64,000 bases of DNA, taken from contig OX597815.1 of assembly GCA_951406725.2 (NCBI GenBank), positions 169,136,001-169,200,000 on the forward strand, given 5' to 3'. How positions within the stretch are numbered: position 1 is the stretch's first letter; each line of letters begins with the position of its first letter. The notes beneath the pieces were generated by a model that was given only the letters and a program-made list of their open reading frames with translations, was not told where the DNA came from and searched no databases. The stretch is from Octopus vulgaris. Lineage: Eukaryota. The position numbers and the translations under genes were made by a program. This document shows, in pieces, positions 48,697 through 62,486 of this stretch.

Positions 48697-48800
48697 CCAA
48701 GGCAGTTCTGAATAAAAATTCTTCTCCATCTCGGCAAAAAACATCCCAAACTCTGCATGCAACATCAAGGGGTAAGGATCTGCTAAATATTGTAAATATC
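48697..48800 (-). CDS. TBC1D14: TBC1D12/14-like exon ([35 protein letters not shown])
   Basis: Highly conserved TBC1D12/14 segment; canonical splice sites. Confidence 0.96.
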
Positions 48801-48832
48801 CTAGAAAAAGAAAAAAAAATATATATATTATA

Positions 48833-50054
48833 TTGTGTTGGCAAGTAAGTAATTTTTTTGAATGACTTTTTTCAATGTTGTGATTTTTTTTTTTTGACTT
48901 TTGATAGCCGTTACTTTTAGCTTACTTTAGAAGCAAATTGCAAGTAATTTTGTTTACAGCTGTTAGTTCAGAGTCAATTTTAACACAGAGTGCAAAAATG
49001 AACATTTTCACCATATTTTGCTTTTTTATTTCTGTAAAAGCAAGAAAGCTGCTGAGGCTCACAAAGAGATATATGAAGTTTATGGTGTTGATTGCTTAAC
49101 AGAACAGATATGTCAGAAATGGTTTTAAAAATTCCATTCTAGAGATTTTTCACTCAAAGATGACCAACTGAAGTTGATGATGACCAATCAAAACCATAAT
49201 TGAATCTGATTATCATATAACTGTGTGAGAGATTGCAGAGAGGTTAAATGTATCACACACAACAATTAAAAATCACTTAAAACATCTTAGACTCGTTAAG
49301 AAGCTCGATATTTGGGTTCCACATAAATTGAAAGCGATTCACTTAAAATGAATCAATATTTGTGATATGCATCTCAAACACAATGAAAGCGACCTTTTTT
49401 GAAATGAATCATCACAGGTGATGAAAAATGGATTGTCTACAATAACATCAATCGAAAAACGATCCTGGTCCAAGCATAATGAACCAGCACAGACCACAGC
49501 GAAAGCTGAATTGCATCAAAGAAAGGTCATGCTGTCAATTTGGTGGGATTACAAAGGTGTTCTGTATTTTGAGCTGCTTCCAAGGAACCAAACAATCAAT
49601 TCAGATGTTTACTGTTAACAACTAATGAAACTGGAGGAAGCAATCAAAGAAAAATGGTCAGAATTGGCAAATCATAAAGGAATCATGCTTAACCATGACA
49701 ATGCTAGACCACACACGACTTTGCTAACTCATGAAAAATTACTGGAGCTTGTTTGGGAAGCAATGTCACATCCACCATATAGCCCTGATTACCATTTATT
49801 TTGAAGTTTGCAAAATTCTTTGAATGGTAAAACTTTCAATAATGACGATGACCCGAAATCGCACTTGCTTTAGTTTTTGGCTGATAAGGACCAGAAGTTC
49901 TATAAGCGCAGAATCATGAAGTTACCAAAAAGATGGCAAAAGGTCATTGAACAAAATGGAAAATATATAACTGATTAAAGTTCATTCTTTGTATGAAGAA
50001 AAAAGGATTTTTATTTCACACTAAAAAACCAAAATTACTTTCATGCCAACCCAA
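48833..50054 (+). mobile_element. Full-length but decayed mariner transposon (pseudogenised transposase)
   Basis: TIRs TTGTGTTGGCAAGTAAGTAAT / ATTACTTTCATGCCAACCCAA flanked by TA. WVPHKL, ITGDEKW, HDNARPH and YSPD motifs are recognisable among many stops and frameshifts. Confidence 0.92.
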
Positions 50055-52459
50055 TACAACATCATCATTTAATGACCACTTTTCTATGCTTGCGGGTGTC
50101 AGATGGAATTTGTTGATGCAGATTTTCTATGGCTACATGCCCTTCCTGTCACTAACCTTCACCTGTTTTGAAGCAAGGTGATATTTTCCCATAACTAGAT
50201 ATGTTTTTCACAAAAGAGTGGAAAACAAACAACTTTGCTTGTATGAAATGATGCTTCTTTACAACCATCGTGAGATATCTAAACAAGGGTACACACACAT
50301 CCTTTAAGTTCATTTATGAATAATAAAATAATAATAATAAAATAATAAAAAAATAAATAATAAAATGAATAATAATAATAATATGCATAATAAAATAGGA
50401 TTTTATTATGCCGGATACAGCCTAATGTTATCAACTGACAATAGCAGTTTTCTGGGGTCGACTGATCCATCAGATGTCCATGTACACTACAGACTGTAGT
50501 GTACATCAGAGGAATACAAACTATGATCGTAAGAAAAATGTGATGTGTGGAAATTAAAATATTTATAAATTCCATCCATGGATTATTATTATTATTATTA
50601 TATATATATAGCCAAGGTGTAACACAGTAGGACTGAACCCAAGACCACATGGCTGGGAAGCAAGCTTCTTAACCACACAGCCATGGCTGCCTCTATAACA
50701 ATTTAGAGAAAATTACAATGCTTATGGTCAGTAAAATAGAATTGTAAATATAGTACAACAATGAAAGAAATGTAATTGATAGCAATAAAGAGAATCAAAA
50801 ATTGGATGAATGGAAAACAAGACAGATCCAATTACTCAACAAAAAAGCATTCTGTTGCTGTGTACCAAAGTGAAAGAAATTGGAGACATATAATTATATC
50901 TCAAGACTGAATTTAATCAAAGCCTATTTGTGTTGTGGTTTTAGTTATTACAATAGCAAAGAATGGTGCAAACAGATATTTCTTAGTCTTTAATACAGGG
51001 AAATATCAATATTAACTATTTAAAAAAAATTCCTTACAGGAAAATAAAGCAGTATTCTTTGTTTTCCAAAGGGCTCTATTGAAACGTTAGCATTTTCTTC
51101 TTATGGTACACCAATTCTTTACATTTTTATTATTTTGTATCAGTCATTGGACTGCACTTATGATAGGGTATAGCCTTGAAGGGTTTAGTTGACCAATTCA
51201 ACCTCAGTACATATTTTAAGCCTGGTACTTCTTTTATCAGTTCCTTCTGGCTGAACTGCTAAGTTACAGGGATACAAATAAACTCACACTGGTTACCTAA
51301 GTGATGAGAAGAGACAAATATAAAGCTGCAAACACACAAGACAGACTTCTACAGAGTTTCTGTCAACTAAATTCACTCACAAGGTATTGAACCTGAAACC
51401 ATGTGGTTGCAATGTGAACTTAACCACACAGCCATGTTGACTATTTTTTAAAAACTTTATTGGTATCAAGCTTTAGTTTTAATCAAGTATTTTGCTGTGA
51501 CACTTAAGATTAACTATTATAGAACCTTATAGGTTGTTCACCTTAGGCAGGTGAACAATCTACCAAATTTCTTTATTCTTCATCAGAAATAATTCTGAAT
51601 GTAGAATTATGTTTAATAAGCTTTTGATTCTTTTGTATTTTAACATTTTTATTTTGTAGTTAGCTGAATAATATTTTTTTCTTACTTGGCAGAGACCTTT
51701 CCTCAATACAGCAAAGCAGTGGTCCCCAATCTTTTTTGCATGGACCAAGAATTTAGCACTCATATTATAGGTTCATTTAGCTTGTGGGCTTAATTTATTG
51801 GTGCTTGCAAAAACTTTGACTTAGACAAGTGTGAAAAAGAGGCACAGACCAGAGACATAGCCAGGTTCTAAAGTTAGGGGAAGGGAGCACATAAAAAAAA
51901 CGGTGCATTGACACATATCAAATCATTTTTAACTCATTTCTCTTATATCACATGAAATATTTCATTAGTTATAATATACGTAATTGTATTCTACATTCAT
52001 TAATTTCCTGTTTCAGTAACAATGTTATAATGTAAGAAACTTACAACTACGATATAAGTAACAAAAGAATATAAAAAAATAATGGTTGTAATGGTGCCAA
52101 TTTTGAAAAATGTGCTTGGGAGGAGCAGTTCCTCATTTTGCTTCCCTATTAGCTACGCCACAGACAGAAGTGGTAATTTTTCAAAATAAAACACCCTGTA
52201 GACTGCAATAATCAATAAAATAGAAATAAAATAAAAAAAATTGATTCTTTTTGTGCAACCTGGTACCAAATGATCCAAGGTTTAGTTGTTAAGGATCCCT
52301 GCTAAAAAGCATCTTACATTGAATGCTTCGATTGCTTTCCTAACATGTTGACAATTTCAGTATCAATTAAACTTTATATAGTTGGTGGCAGCATATGCTT
52401 CTGGTGACACATGGAAATATAAAGGTAAACAAAGATCTCTTTAAATAACGGTAACTTAC

Positions 52460-52569
52460 CAATCTATAATGTAAATGTCGGGTGTCAAGTTCTGTCTTCC
52501 AAAATGATGGTGGAGTTGGGGCATATTTTCCAATAGGAACTCATCATAAGTATCAAAATAAGACTTCAT
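52460..52569 (-). CDS. TBC1D14: TBC1D12/14-like exon (MKSYFDTYDEFLLENMPQLHHHFGRQNLTPDIYIID)
   Basis: Matches the LTPDIYLIDW region; TTTAG acceptor, GTAAGT donor. Confidence 0.95.
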
Positions 52570-55394
52570 CTAAAAAAAAAAGGAAAAAAAAAGGAAAATA
52601 GAGAAAAAAAGGGTTAAAGAATATTCACAGAGCAAACATCGAGAATTGTTTGTATTTTGGCACAATAAGGAACAAAAGCAGTCTCTACAAGATATCTCCT
52701 GCCAGGAGGAGATGGTCGTCATAACTGATTTTTGTTGGTTGAATATCAAGACGTATTTAAAACAATTAACTTTATGAAAACTTACCATAATTTTTGGCAT
52801 ACAAGTTAAATTTTTCAGACCAAAATTTACAGCTATAAAAGAGGTAGGTTGACTTATACACCAAAATGACTTTAGAGGACCAAAAATTCCATGTCGAATG
52901 CAGAAAGACTTGGAAAGATAGTGATGATGTTTGAATGTTTACACTACATGTTCACACTATATACTATGCTGACTTGTATTCCAGAAAATACAGTATACAT
53001 AGATAATAAGAATCAAGGAGCTGAAATGCCAAGAAAGATGCATTTAATGGCCTCTATGAAAAAGGCATTGACTAAATGAATGTCTATTAGGTTCAATGAT
53101 GAGAATACAGTACTTGATCAACTGAGAGCTATGTGGCTGAATATTCCACAGACATAAGTACCCTTATTGTAATCTTCAGGCAGAACCAATGTAACAGGGC
53201 CAGTCATATCAGACTTAAACATTCTACTTGTTTTATATTCGAACTGGCTAGATTTGACCTCTCACACCTACTTTACAATGTCATTCTAAAAGTAAACAAT
53301 CATATTAATAAAATCTCGAAGCTATAAGAGAATGTATGATTAATTCAAAAACAATAACTAAGCATTACATTTGATAGAGTAATCTGAATGTTAAAGGGTT
53401 AAATTATAGGTACAGTCTATCTAATGGGATCCAGTACAGTTTGCTCTACTCAGTTTCACTCAGAAGGATTGGGCTGACCTGATACTATGGCAAAAGACAT
53501 TTGCCCAAGAGGAGATGCAGTGAGATCAAACTTGGATGCCTTGTGATTGTGAAGTGGATTTCTTAACCATTTGGCTAGGCTGCATCCAATGGTGTCGATA
53601 GAAATGCAAACATTAAGGAAAGAATGACAAGTGGAAAGAGGTAAAAAGTATTATTGCAAGCTGAAGAGACTCTCAAGAGTCTATAGGTAGATATAGTAGC
53701 AGTAAAGAAGATGGAAAATGTAATAGGAGTTCAGGACTGGATATTTTTGTGGTGGACCGTTGGAGAAATGAGACCCATGAGGTGGAGTGGATGCTGCAGT
53801 AAGTGTTGCTCGCCATTCTTTGTGGCAATGCCATCACAGTCATAACTGCAGAGAATGGCTGAGCACACCATTTGCTCTGGGATATGTGGCCCATTGCTCC
53901 TGCCTCCATCTTCTGTTGCTTTACCCAACCCCACCTTTTTTTTCCTTTTCTTTCTTTATCTTTTTTTTTTCCTGCTGCTCCCCTTGGTGAAGAGGATTGG
54001 CCTGCAAGAGTCCTGTGCTGGTGCCACATAAAACATACTTGTGCCAATGTCATGTAATAGCACTTGTGTGGTACCATGTAAAAGTACCCAACACACTCTG
54101 TAAAGTGGTTGGCATTAGGAAAGGCATCCAGCCATAGAAACCATGTCAAATCAGATTGGAGCCTGGTGCAGCTTTTCAGCTCTGGTGAAACCATCCAACC
54201 CATGCCAACATGGACAACGGATGTTAAATGATGATGATAATAATATAAAAAAAAAAGTGAAGAATAGATAATTAAATCAAGTGCCTGTTTTCGTTATGCT
54301 AGTAATGGGCAACAGTACTCTATTCCATTCTGATATGTCAGTACTTTATAAAATGGAAGTAACTGTAAAACATTTTTTTCTCCATAGAGAAAACTAAATT
54401 TCATTGATACAGTTGTTTTTTTTTCTATGTTGACTCAATGTTTCTAGTCTAATATCTGTAGAGAATGATTCTTGGAGGGATAATTCTCAGTCAATACAGA
54501 GAGAAATGCAAGAGTGATTTTTGAGATCTCTTTTGGCCAAAAATATTTACTGACTCTCACACAACACAGCAGTTAGCCTGCCTTGAAAAATCTAAAACAT
54601 ACTCACTTGTAGGACAATCACTACTGACTTTCAGTAATGGACAATTAGAGACAAAGAAAGCATCAAGGGGAAGAAAAACACACAAATAAACAAATAAAAT
54701 TTTTTTTTTTTATTATTAAAAGAAACAAAAAGGTGGTGAGATAGCAGAATCATTAGCATGCCAGATAAAATATTTAGTGAAGGTGGCGAACTGGCAGAAA
54801 CATTAGCATGCCGGGCGAAATGCTTAGCGGTATTTCGTCTGCCGCTACATTCTGTGTTCGAATTCTACCGAGCTTGACTTTGCCTTTTATCCTTTCGGGG
54901 TCAATTAAATAAGTACTAGTTAAGCACTGGGGTCGATATAATTGACTTAATCTGTTTGTCTGTCCTTGTTTGTCCCCTCTGTGTATAGCCCCTTGTGAGC
55001 AGTAAAGAAATAAGATAAAATATTTAGTAGCATTTCATCCAACTTTATGCAGTGAGTTAAAATTCTGCTGAGGTTGACTTTGTCTTTCATCAATAAAAAT
55101 AAATCATCGTTTAATGTCCACTTTCCATGCTAGCATGGGTTGGACAATTTGACTGAGTACTGGCGAACCAGATGGCTACACCAGGCTCCAATCTGATCTG
55201 GCAGAGTTTCTACAGTTTTTTATGTGCCACCTGTACAGGAGCCAGTCCAGCAGCACTGGCAACGACCTTCGAGCAAACATCTTTTCAGAGTCTGTAAAAT
55301 AAATACCAGTTGAACATTGGGGTCAATGTAATCAACTAGTACTCTCCCCCAGTTGTAAAGGAATTTACAAAAAAAAAAAATTTTTTTTACTCAC

Positions 55395-55523
55395 CATTCC
55401 TTCATCAACACGGAAGAAAGCAACCTGGCAGGGACCATTCAAAAGATTTGCAAAACAGATAAACGCATCAGCCACCTCCATGTTCAACAGCAACACAGCT
55501 GCCAAGAAAGACATTCCTTGAAC
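55395..55523 (-). CDS. TBC1D14: TBC1D12/14-like exon with glutamine finger ([43 protein letters not shown])
   Basis: YxQ motif formed across the splice junction; GTGAGT donor. Confidence 0.96.
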
Positions 55524-57591
55524 CTGTCAATAGAAAAGAAACCAAAAAAAAAAAAAAAAAACGTCATTAGAGATAAAATTAAGCTGTTGTTGCATTGTAT
55601 TCTTGTTCTAATTACTTCAGTTTCATCAGTTGCAGGCAGGTGAATAATGTGTGAACATTTGAAGGAAGTAGCCAAAAGTTATTTAAGTTGGCACAAGACT
55701 GTATGTCGAACAAGTTTATCCAGTAATAAAGTCATTTTAGTGACATTTTATTTTATAAATGACAGTGTCCTATGACCTTGATATTTCATTAATACTTTTT
55801 TTTTATCTTTATTTTTTATTGATGTAGCCTTGTTTACCACTGACTCATTCATCACTGATTGTTGTTGTTGTTAAGCAACAAGACAGGTAAGGGTGATTAG
55901 GTGATGGTCTAGGGCTTAGGGGCAGGAGACCCCAGACCTTGGAAAAAAAAAAAAAAATGGCCATCTTGTTGTAGTCGAGGGCTCTTCGTTGATGCCTGAC
56001 ACCACTGGGAGGTGGCCCTCGATGTCGCTGGAAATGGAGATCTCCAGGTTCAAATTCTTGAACGGCTTCATCACTGATTGGGAACACAGTGCATTCAATT
56101 TTGAACCATGTTGCACTCATGGATGGATCTGGGATAGCATGCGCCCCAGCAACCATCCACAGTACTCAGCTACTCAGAATGTGCTGATTATTGCTTATGT
56201 TTACATGCCCATGCTATGAGGCTGTGTATTTTTTTTTATAAGAATTTATGTACTCATATCCATCAACATAAAACCAATGAACAGTAAAACTATGAAAGCA
56301 CCTAAACCTAACAAATGATACAGTTGAATGTATTCTCTACAGGTAAAAGTAGAAATGATCAAGAAATTATGTTATAGTGGAAGCTTTGCTGTTGTGGGCC
56401 ACAAGTTTGATGTCAGTGAATCTATTATTGTGTTTTTTTGTTTTGGAGCCAACCCGTGATAAACTGGCATTCTGTCAGTGTTGACAACAAGGGTTCTAGT
56501 TGATCCAATCAATGGAACAGCCTGCTCGTGAAACTAATGTGTAAGTGGTTGAGCACTCCACAGACACATGTACCCTTGATGCAGTTCTCAGTGAGATTCA
56601 GCGTGACACAGAATGTGACAAGGTTGGACCTCTGAAACACAGGTGCTACTCATTTTTGCCAGCTGAGTGGACCCTGTGACGAAGAAGGAGAGATGTAGTA
56701 CAAATCAATTAAAAGAATACTTAAAAAAGTAAAAAGGGCCAAAAAAAAAAAGAAGGTAAAGTTACCTTTTCGAGTCATACCAACTCATAAGGGCCAGTCT
56801 CCCGGTTTCATGGCACATATATTCCCCACCTGGACGGGACACCAGTCCGTCACAGGATGACTCATTTTTCATAGCTGACTGGACTGGAGCAATGTGAAAT
56901 GAAGCATTTTGCTCGAGAACACAGCATGTCACTCGGTTCGGGAATTAAAACCACAATCTTATGATCAGGAGTCCAACATCCTAACCACTAAGCTACATGC
57001 ATCCACTAAAAGAATATTTAACCCATTAGCATTTAAACTGGCAACATCCAGGCCAAATATTCTATCTGCTTTATATTTAAATTGGCCAGATCCAGCCTCC
57101 CAGAACTATCCTACAATGTCATTTTAAAAATAAACAATCACTTCATTGACATTTTGAAGGTACAAGATAATGCATGATTAATTCAAAATAATGTGAATAA
57201 ATAAGCATTACAGTTGACAGAATAATTTGAATGCTAAAGGGTGAATGAATGCTATGGCAGCATTTTAAACTTTTAAATATAAGAAACTAAAATTTGAATG
57301 CTTACTAATTTGTAAAGAGGGCTTTACCTTGCTCTCAGGAAGTAAGAAAGTACTATCTTAATTGTGTGTGTGTGTGTGTTCGTGTGTATTAGTGTCTCTC
57401 CTCAACCACTGCTTGACAACTGGTGGTGGTGTATTTATATCCTTGCAACTTAGCAGCTTGGCAAATGAGATCAATAGAATAAGTACAGGGGATCAATTCA
57501 TCAACTAAAATTCTTCAAGGCGGTGCCCCAGCAGGACCAGAATCCAATGATAGAAACAAGTAAAAGATAACAGAAACAGATGTAAACTTAC

Positions 57592-57663
57592 ATAACCAAC
57601 ATCGGGTCGATAGCAAGCATAGGCTCCTAAAAGACTGTGTAAAAGATCATGATATGGTCCACC
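57592..57663 (-). CDS. TBC1D14: TBC1D12/14-like exon ([24 protein letters not shown])
   Basis: Near-identical to the TBC1D12/14 GGPYHD...YRPDVGY segment. Confidence 0.96.
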
Positions 57664-57910
57664 CTGCAAATAAGAAAATAATTTTATACATCATGAATGA
57701 ATATGGAACGGACAAGGTACCTATTGCACAAAGCTTATATTAGAAGAAAGTTTCTACTTTGAATATGCCTTTGTTTTTCTGTTGCATAAAATTCCATATG
57801 TGACACTCTCTCCCATCATATAATCATTAATGTGTGCATGCAAGAGAGAGGAGGAGGAGGAGGGAGAGACAGGAGAGAGTGCATATGTATGTACATATAC
57901 ACATATATAC

Positions 57911-58431
57911 ATTACATGGAAAAATGTGAGCATGAAAAGTCATATTCTTAAGATTATAAACCTGGAAAAGTACAGGACAAGTTATTACACCTGTGAAAGT
58001 ATAGGACAAGCTATTACTTCTAGTAAAGTAAAGAATAAAAAACCTTTTACTTAAAATATTGCAGCAAAGAATGCCAGTTTTTCTAATTTATCACTCTTTA
58101 CAGTTCTCATCTTTTAAATTTATTGTACAAAACTGTTCAGCTAATTTGTAAGTTTGTCTAATTAGTCACTTTTTTCTGTACATAAGGTAGTAAATAAGCT
58201 AAATTCTATTTAAATAAGTATAGTGTTATTTGTAAACTATAATAAAATAAGTTTTAATATTCAAATTTTAATTTTAGCTGCACTATTTAAAGTAAAAAGT
58301 TTCTTATTCTTTACTTTACAAGAAGTAATAGCTTGTCCTATACTTTTACAGGTGTTATAACTTGTCCTGTACTTTTCCAGGTTTATAATCTTAAGAATAT
58401 GACTTTTCATGCTTGCATTTTTCCATGTAAT
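57911..58431. mobile_element. Foldback element with ~155-bp inverted arms
   Basis: 57911-58065 is the near-perfect reverse complement of ~58278-58431. Confidence 0.85.
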
Positions 58432-58750
58432 TCATGATTTTTCCTGGCATTGCTGTTGTAAGATAATTATTAATGTGTCAATTAATAATTTAAGATTTTA
58501 CCTTATAAAATACTGAAAGATAATATTTCAATTTTTCCATGTAAGTGATGATAATATTTTAATTTTTTTGTGTGTTTAATTTAAATATATGTTGTGATTG
58601 AATTATTTGATATTACTTCAGGAACCCAGTGTATCAGCGAAATAGTGCTCAGATGCTCAGTGTTCAAAGGATCAAGTGAAGGGGAATCGGGAGAATCTAG
58701 ATGTCATTGATTTGATATATGATGGCAAACTTTAAATGATAAATACTTAC

Positions 58751-58845
58751 TTTCTGGAAGATACAGAATTGTGGAAAGGTGCGAGAAACGTCCAATTTTA
58801 TCAGATCCACACTAGCTTCCTTGCTGGACGGAAGGTCAGAGGTAT
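58751..58845 (-). CDS. TBC1D14: TBC1D12/14-like exon with arginine finger (EASVDLIKLDVSRTFPQFCIFQK)
   Basis: Intact IxxDxxR motif; canonical splice sites; phase 1 to 0. Confidence 0.95.
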
Positions 58846-59224
58846 CTGCAAAGAAAAGTATAATATGAGATTAATAATAATATTGCTGTGAGTGTATGTG
58901 TGTGCATGCATGCTTCCCATTGCTTGGCTGTGAGTGGAATAAAAAAATGTATAATTAAATATAAAGTACAGTATAAGTTTAGAATGTAAGCTGAAATCCT
59001 GTATGTTCATTAAAGTAATTTGCTGGTTTGGAACAAATTGCTTCCATTAGAAATAAGATTTATATTACCATTTTCCTATTTTGATTAGAAAATAATAAAA
59101 AATGAGACATATTTTAAGATAATCGTAGAAGAAAATTCAGCTGCCAAACACTTAGACAACTGAAGATTTTAAAGTCTGCATATATACATTATGGCAAAAA
59201 TCTGATCTTTTATGTTCTGGTCTG

Positions 59225-59870
59225 TTCAAGAAAGTCTTACCAGTGCATTCTGTATATTATTCAAATGTCACTGAAGGAAGTGGGGAAGTTTAAGTATCTT
59301 GGAGCTGTATTTATGAGTGATGGGAGGCAGGAAGCTGAATTGGATACTAGAATTGTAGGTTCTGGTACTGTAATGCACCAGCTTCAGCATTTAATCTTAA
59401 AAAAGGAGTATCTAGGAGAAGAGCCAAACTCCCTATTTTCAGTTTGGTTTTCATGCCGATCCTCACCTATAGTCATGGATATTTGGTAATGACTGAAAGA
59501 ATATGATTGTGAATACAAGTGGCCAACATAGAGTTCCTCTGAAGGACCTCAGGAATAACATTACTCAACAGGGTGCATAACTCAGACATTGGGGAGTTTC
59601 TCCAAGTTGAGCTGCTGCTTCTCCATATTGAGAGGTCATCGCTCTGGATTTGTGGTTAGAATGTTGCAGGAAAGGATCACAGAACAAATGATTCAAGCAG
59701 AGACAACTAGCAAGAGGCCTAAGGGCAGACCACAAGTGAAGTAGTTGGGTAACATCCATAGTCTCCATTGGTCATACTTTGGAATCCAGCTGGAAAGTTT
59801 AATGACAGTTGTTTCTGACAGGAACCTTTGGAGGAGGTACCAGAGAACTCTACCCCCATGACCCTCCTAG
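59225..59870 (+). mobile_element. Decayed RTE-clade LINE reverse-transcriptase C-terminal fragment
   Basis: EVGKFKYLGAVFMSDGRQEAELDTRI, PILTY and EFL-R-SGITLLNRV motifs with stops and frameshifts. Confidence 0.8.
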
Positions 59871-60385
59871 GAATAGTGGATGACTGGAAAAACATAAAAA
59901 ATACCCATTACACTCTTGGAGTGGTTGGCATTAGGAAAGGCATCCAGCTGAAGAAACCATGCCAAATCAAAACGGAACCTGGTGCAACCCTCCGGCTTAC
60001 CATTTCCAGTCAAACCATCTAACCCATGCCAGCATGGAAAGCAGATGTTAAATGATGAGTTATTGTTGACCAAATGAGATGAGAGATTTCAGCAGGCAGA
60101 AGAACAGGCCAAGGCTAAGTTAAAAGTATCATCTGGTCACAGATAGTATTCATTTGCTGTTGCTCTCACAATCTCCTTTGTTATGACTATTTTTAAAATT
60201 TCTCATTTGACAGAAATATGCAACAAAGAGTAGTAAAGTGAAATTTCAGGTTAAGAATTAAAAGTCATACAGTTTGTTCATTGCTTTGCATGTGTCACTT
60301 ACCACAAGTGTGTACAGGTAATCTTTCCTGGTTTCTTTTATTTGTTGATTATAGATTTATATCAATAATTAAACAGAAGACTTAC

Positions 60386-60463
60386 TTTCTGATGAGCCAT
60401 TTGATTCCTCACTCAACATTTTGATTCGGTCTTTGGCACGATTTAGACAAATTTCGAAGAGTT
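60386..60463 (-). CDS. TBC1D14: TBC1D12/14-like RabGAP exon (LFEICLNRAKDRIKMLSEESNGSSE); upstream exons outside window
   Basis: AG acceptor and GTAAG donor on the minus strand; resembles ELFDICLARAKERW of TBC1D14. Confidence 0.9.
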
Positions 60464-60532
60464 CTGTAATGAAATAAAATGTAAAATATTAAAAAAGAGC
60501 TGGAAAATATATATATGAATTTCTCTGGCATC

Positions 60533-60880
60533 AACAGAAGAAAAGGTAAGTGAAATGGCTCGTGGGAGCTGTTCTGGCTATATATCAAGGTCAGATGTAA
60601 GAAAATTAAGACATAAATAGATTTGTGGAAAAAAATGTCTTTGATGTTGGCTATCCTCTTTCTTCAGCAAGATTTATATAACAAAAATAGAAAGAGGAAT
60701 AGCTGATGTGAGCTGTTCTGGTTATACATTAAAGCTATGAGAAAATTAAGATATAGATTTCCAAAGACTATAATGTCATATCTTTTCTTTCACTTTTATA
60801 ACAAAAGAAGGGAAGTGAAAGAGCTCACAAGAGTTTTTTCTGTCTACATTTGAAGGTCAGCTTTGAGAAAATTAATATAT
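60533..60880. repeat. Diverged three-unit tandem repeat (~120-150 bp units)
   Basis: Recurring AACA..AG...GAGCTGTTCTGG.TATA...GAGAAAATTAA blocks. Confidence 0.65.
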
Positions 60881-61969
60881 ATATATATATATATATATAT
60901 TTCCCCAAATGGCTGTAATGTCTGCGATTTCCTTCACACAACCATGTAGCTAATATACAGGAATGGAACACGGAGTACTCATATTCGTCAGCTTGAATGA
61001 AGGAACATTGCTTCCTGAATCCAAATCCTTAACATTAACAGCATCTCTTTATCTCTCCAGTTCTACACAAGGTATTCAAAACCCCTAGGTATTGATGGAC
61101 ATATATAAAAGTGCTATGAGCAAACAGTGACTGGACTCAAATCAGATTTTGATTAGACCAAAGAAATCTGCCCTATTGATATTTAAACCTGAAAAATCTT
61201 GACATCAACATTCCAGAGGGATAATGATACTGACAGACTCTATTTCAGAAGACGTGGAAAAGGAAAGAGGCTTAAGATCAGTTCAGAAAAACCTTTGAAT
61301 GTTAGAGAGTAAACTAAACAAGAACAGCAAAATCAACCAAATGTTTAAAAGCAAAGGTCTTCAGTGAACTCCTCAAAAAGCACACAGTTCTTCTGAAGAT
61401 GTTTGATATAGCACCAGAGCTATTGGATAAAGAGCTGGAGGAGAGACATCCAGCTTGTCAACAAAAGATTATGTATGGCTATGTTTCCTCAAAGGGGTGG
61501 AGTCACTCGAATGTTGAATAGAATGCCTTGCAGTATTTGACTGGGTCTCTAACTTGAAATTTTGCTACGATCAACTTTGCCCATCATTCTTTCTTGGTTA
61601 ATAAAGTGTCAGTCGAGGGTGAAGAATTGGCAGAGTTGTTAGAGCATCAAATGAGATACCCTGTGGTGACTGTTCTGGCTCTTTGCATTCTGCCTTTCGT
61701 ACCAATGGCCAAAAGGTTAATGTTATAGTTTCATTGAGCAGTAAATAAATGGAACATTTTCAGTACATGAGAGTCAAAAGATCACATGCTTTGTCTTCCT
61801 TTTAATAAATTGCTCTTGTAAACAACTTGTCCACTCATTTCCACACCTCTGTAGACATGTGAAATAAGAAATTCTTTACCTGGAAATCAGGTAACGGTTT
61901 ATATATATATATAATAAGAAAAGGGAGGAAGAGAATTTTTATTATCTCCCGTGATGAGTTGTAATACAA

Positions 61970-62012
<43 letters not shown>

Positions 62013-62454
62013 ATAAAAAGAAAATTCACACAGTTTACATAGTTTTAATATATTTTAAATGAAAGAATATTGTGGTTGTTGACCGGTTTCGCTTTCACTA
62101 ATCATGACACTGAAATTGTGATTTCGTATTTGCTTCAGAAGTTTTTAGCCTATGCTCACAAATTTTCATACAAGAACATGGACACAAAACTTCTTAAGAA
62201 AATACAAAATCACAATAATTTCAATGTCATGATTATCAAAAGAGAAACTGGTTGATAACCACAATACTCTTTAATTTAAAATATATTAAAACTATGTAAA
62301 TTGTGAGCATTTTCCTTCTTTTATTTTATATATATATATATCATTAATTAATAAATCTTAGGGTAGCAAAAACAATTTAGAAAAATTCTTTGCTACCAGT
62401 GGTCTAGCGAGAAGAAAAAATTAGTCAATAGACTATATATATTCCTATAAAAAT

Positions 62455-62486
<32 letters not shown>

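Noticed and set aside
53661-53685. CTGAAGA-GACTC-TCAA-GAGTC hammerhead-like half
   Set aside because: The GAAA box is replaced by TATA and no stems I/III are evident; at best a dead remnant.
53673-54203. 176-aa minus-strand ORF
   Set aside because: Composed of the (GAT)n-tailed repeat and low-complexity sequence.
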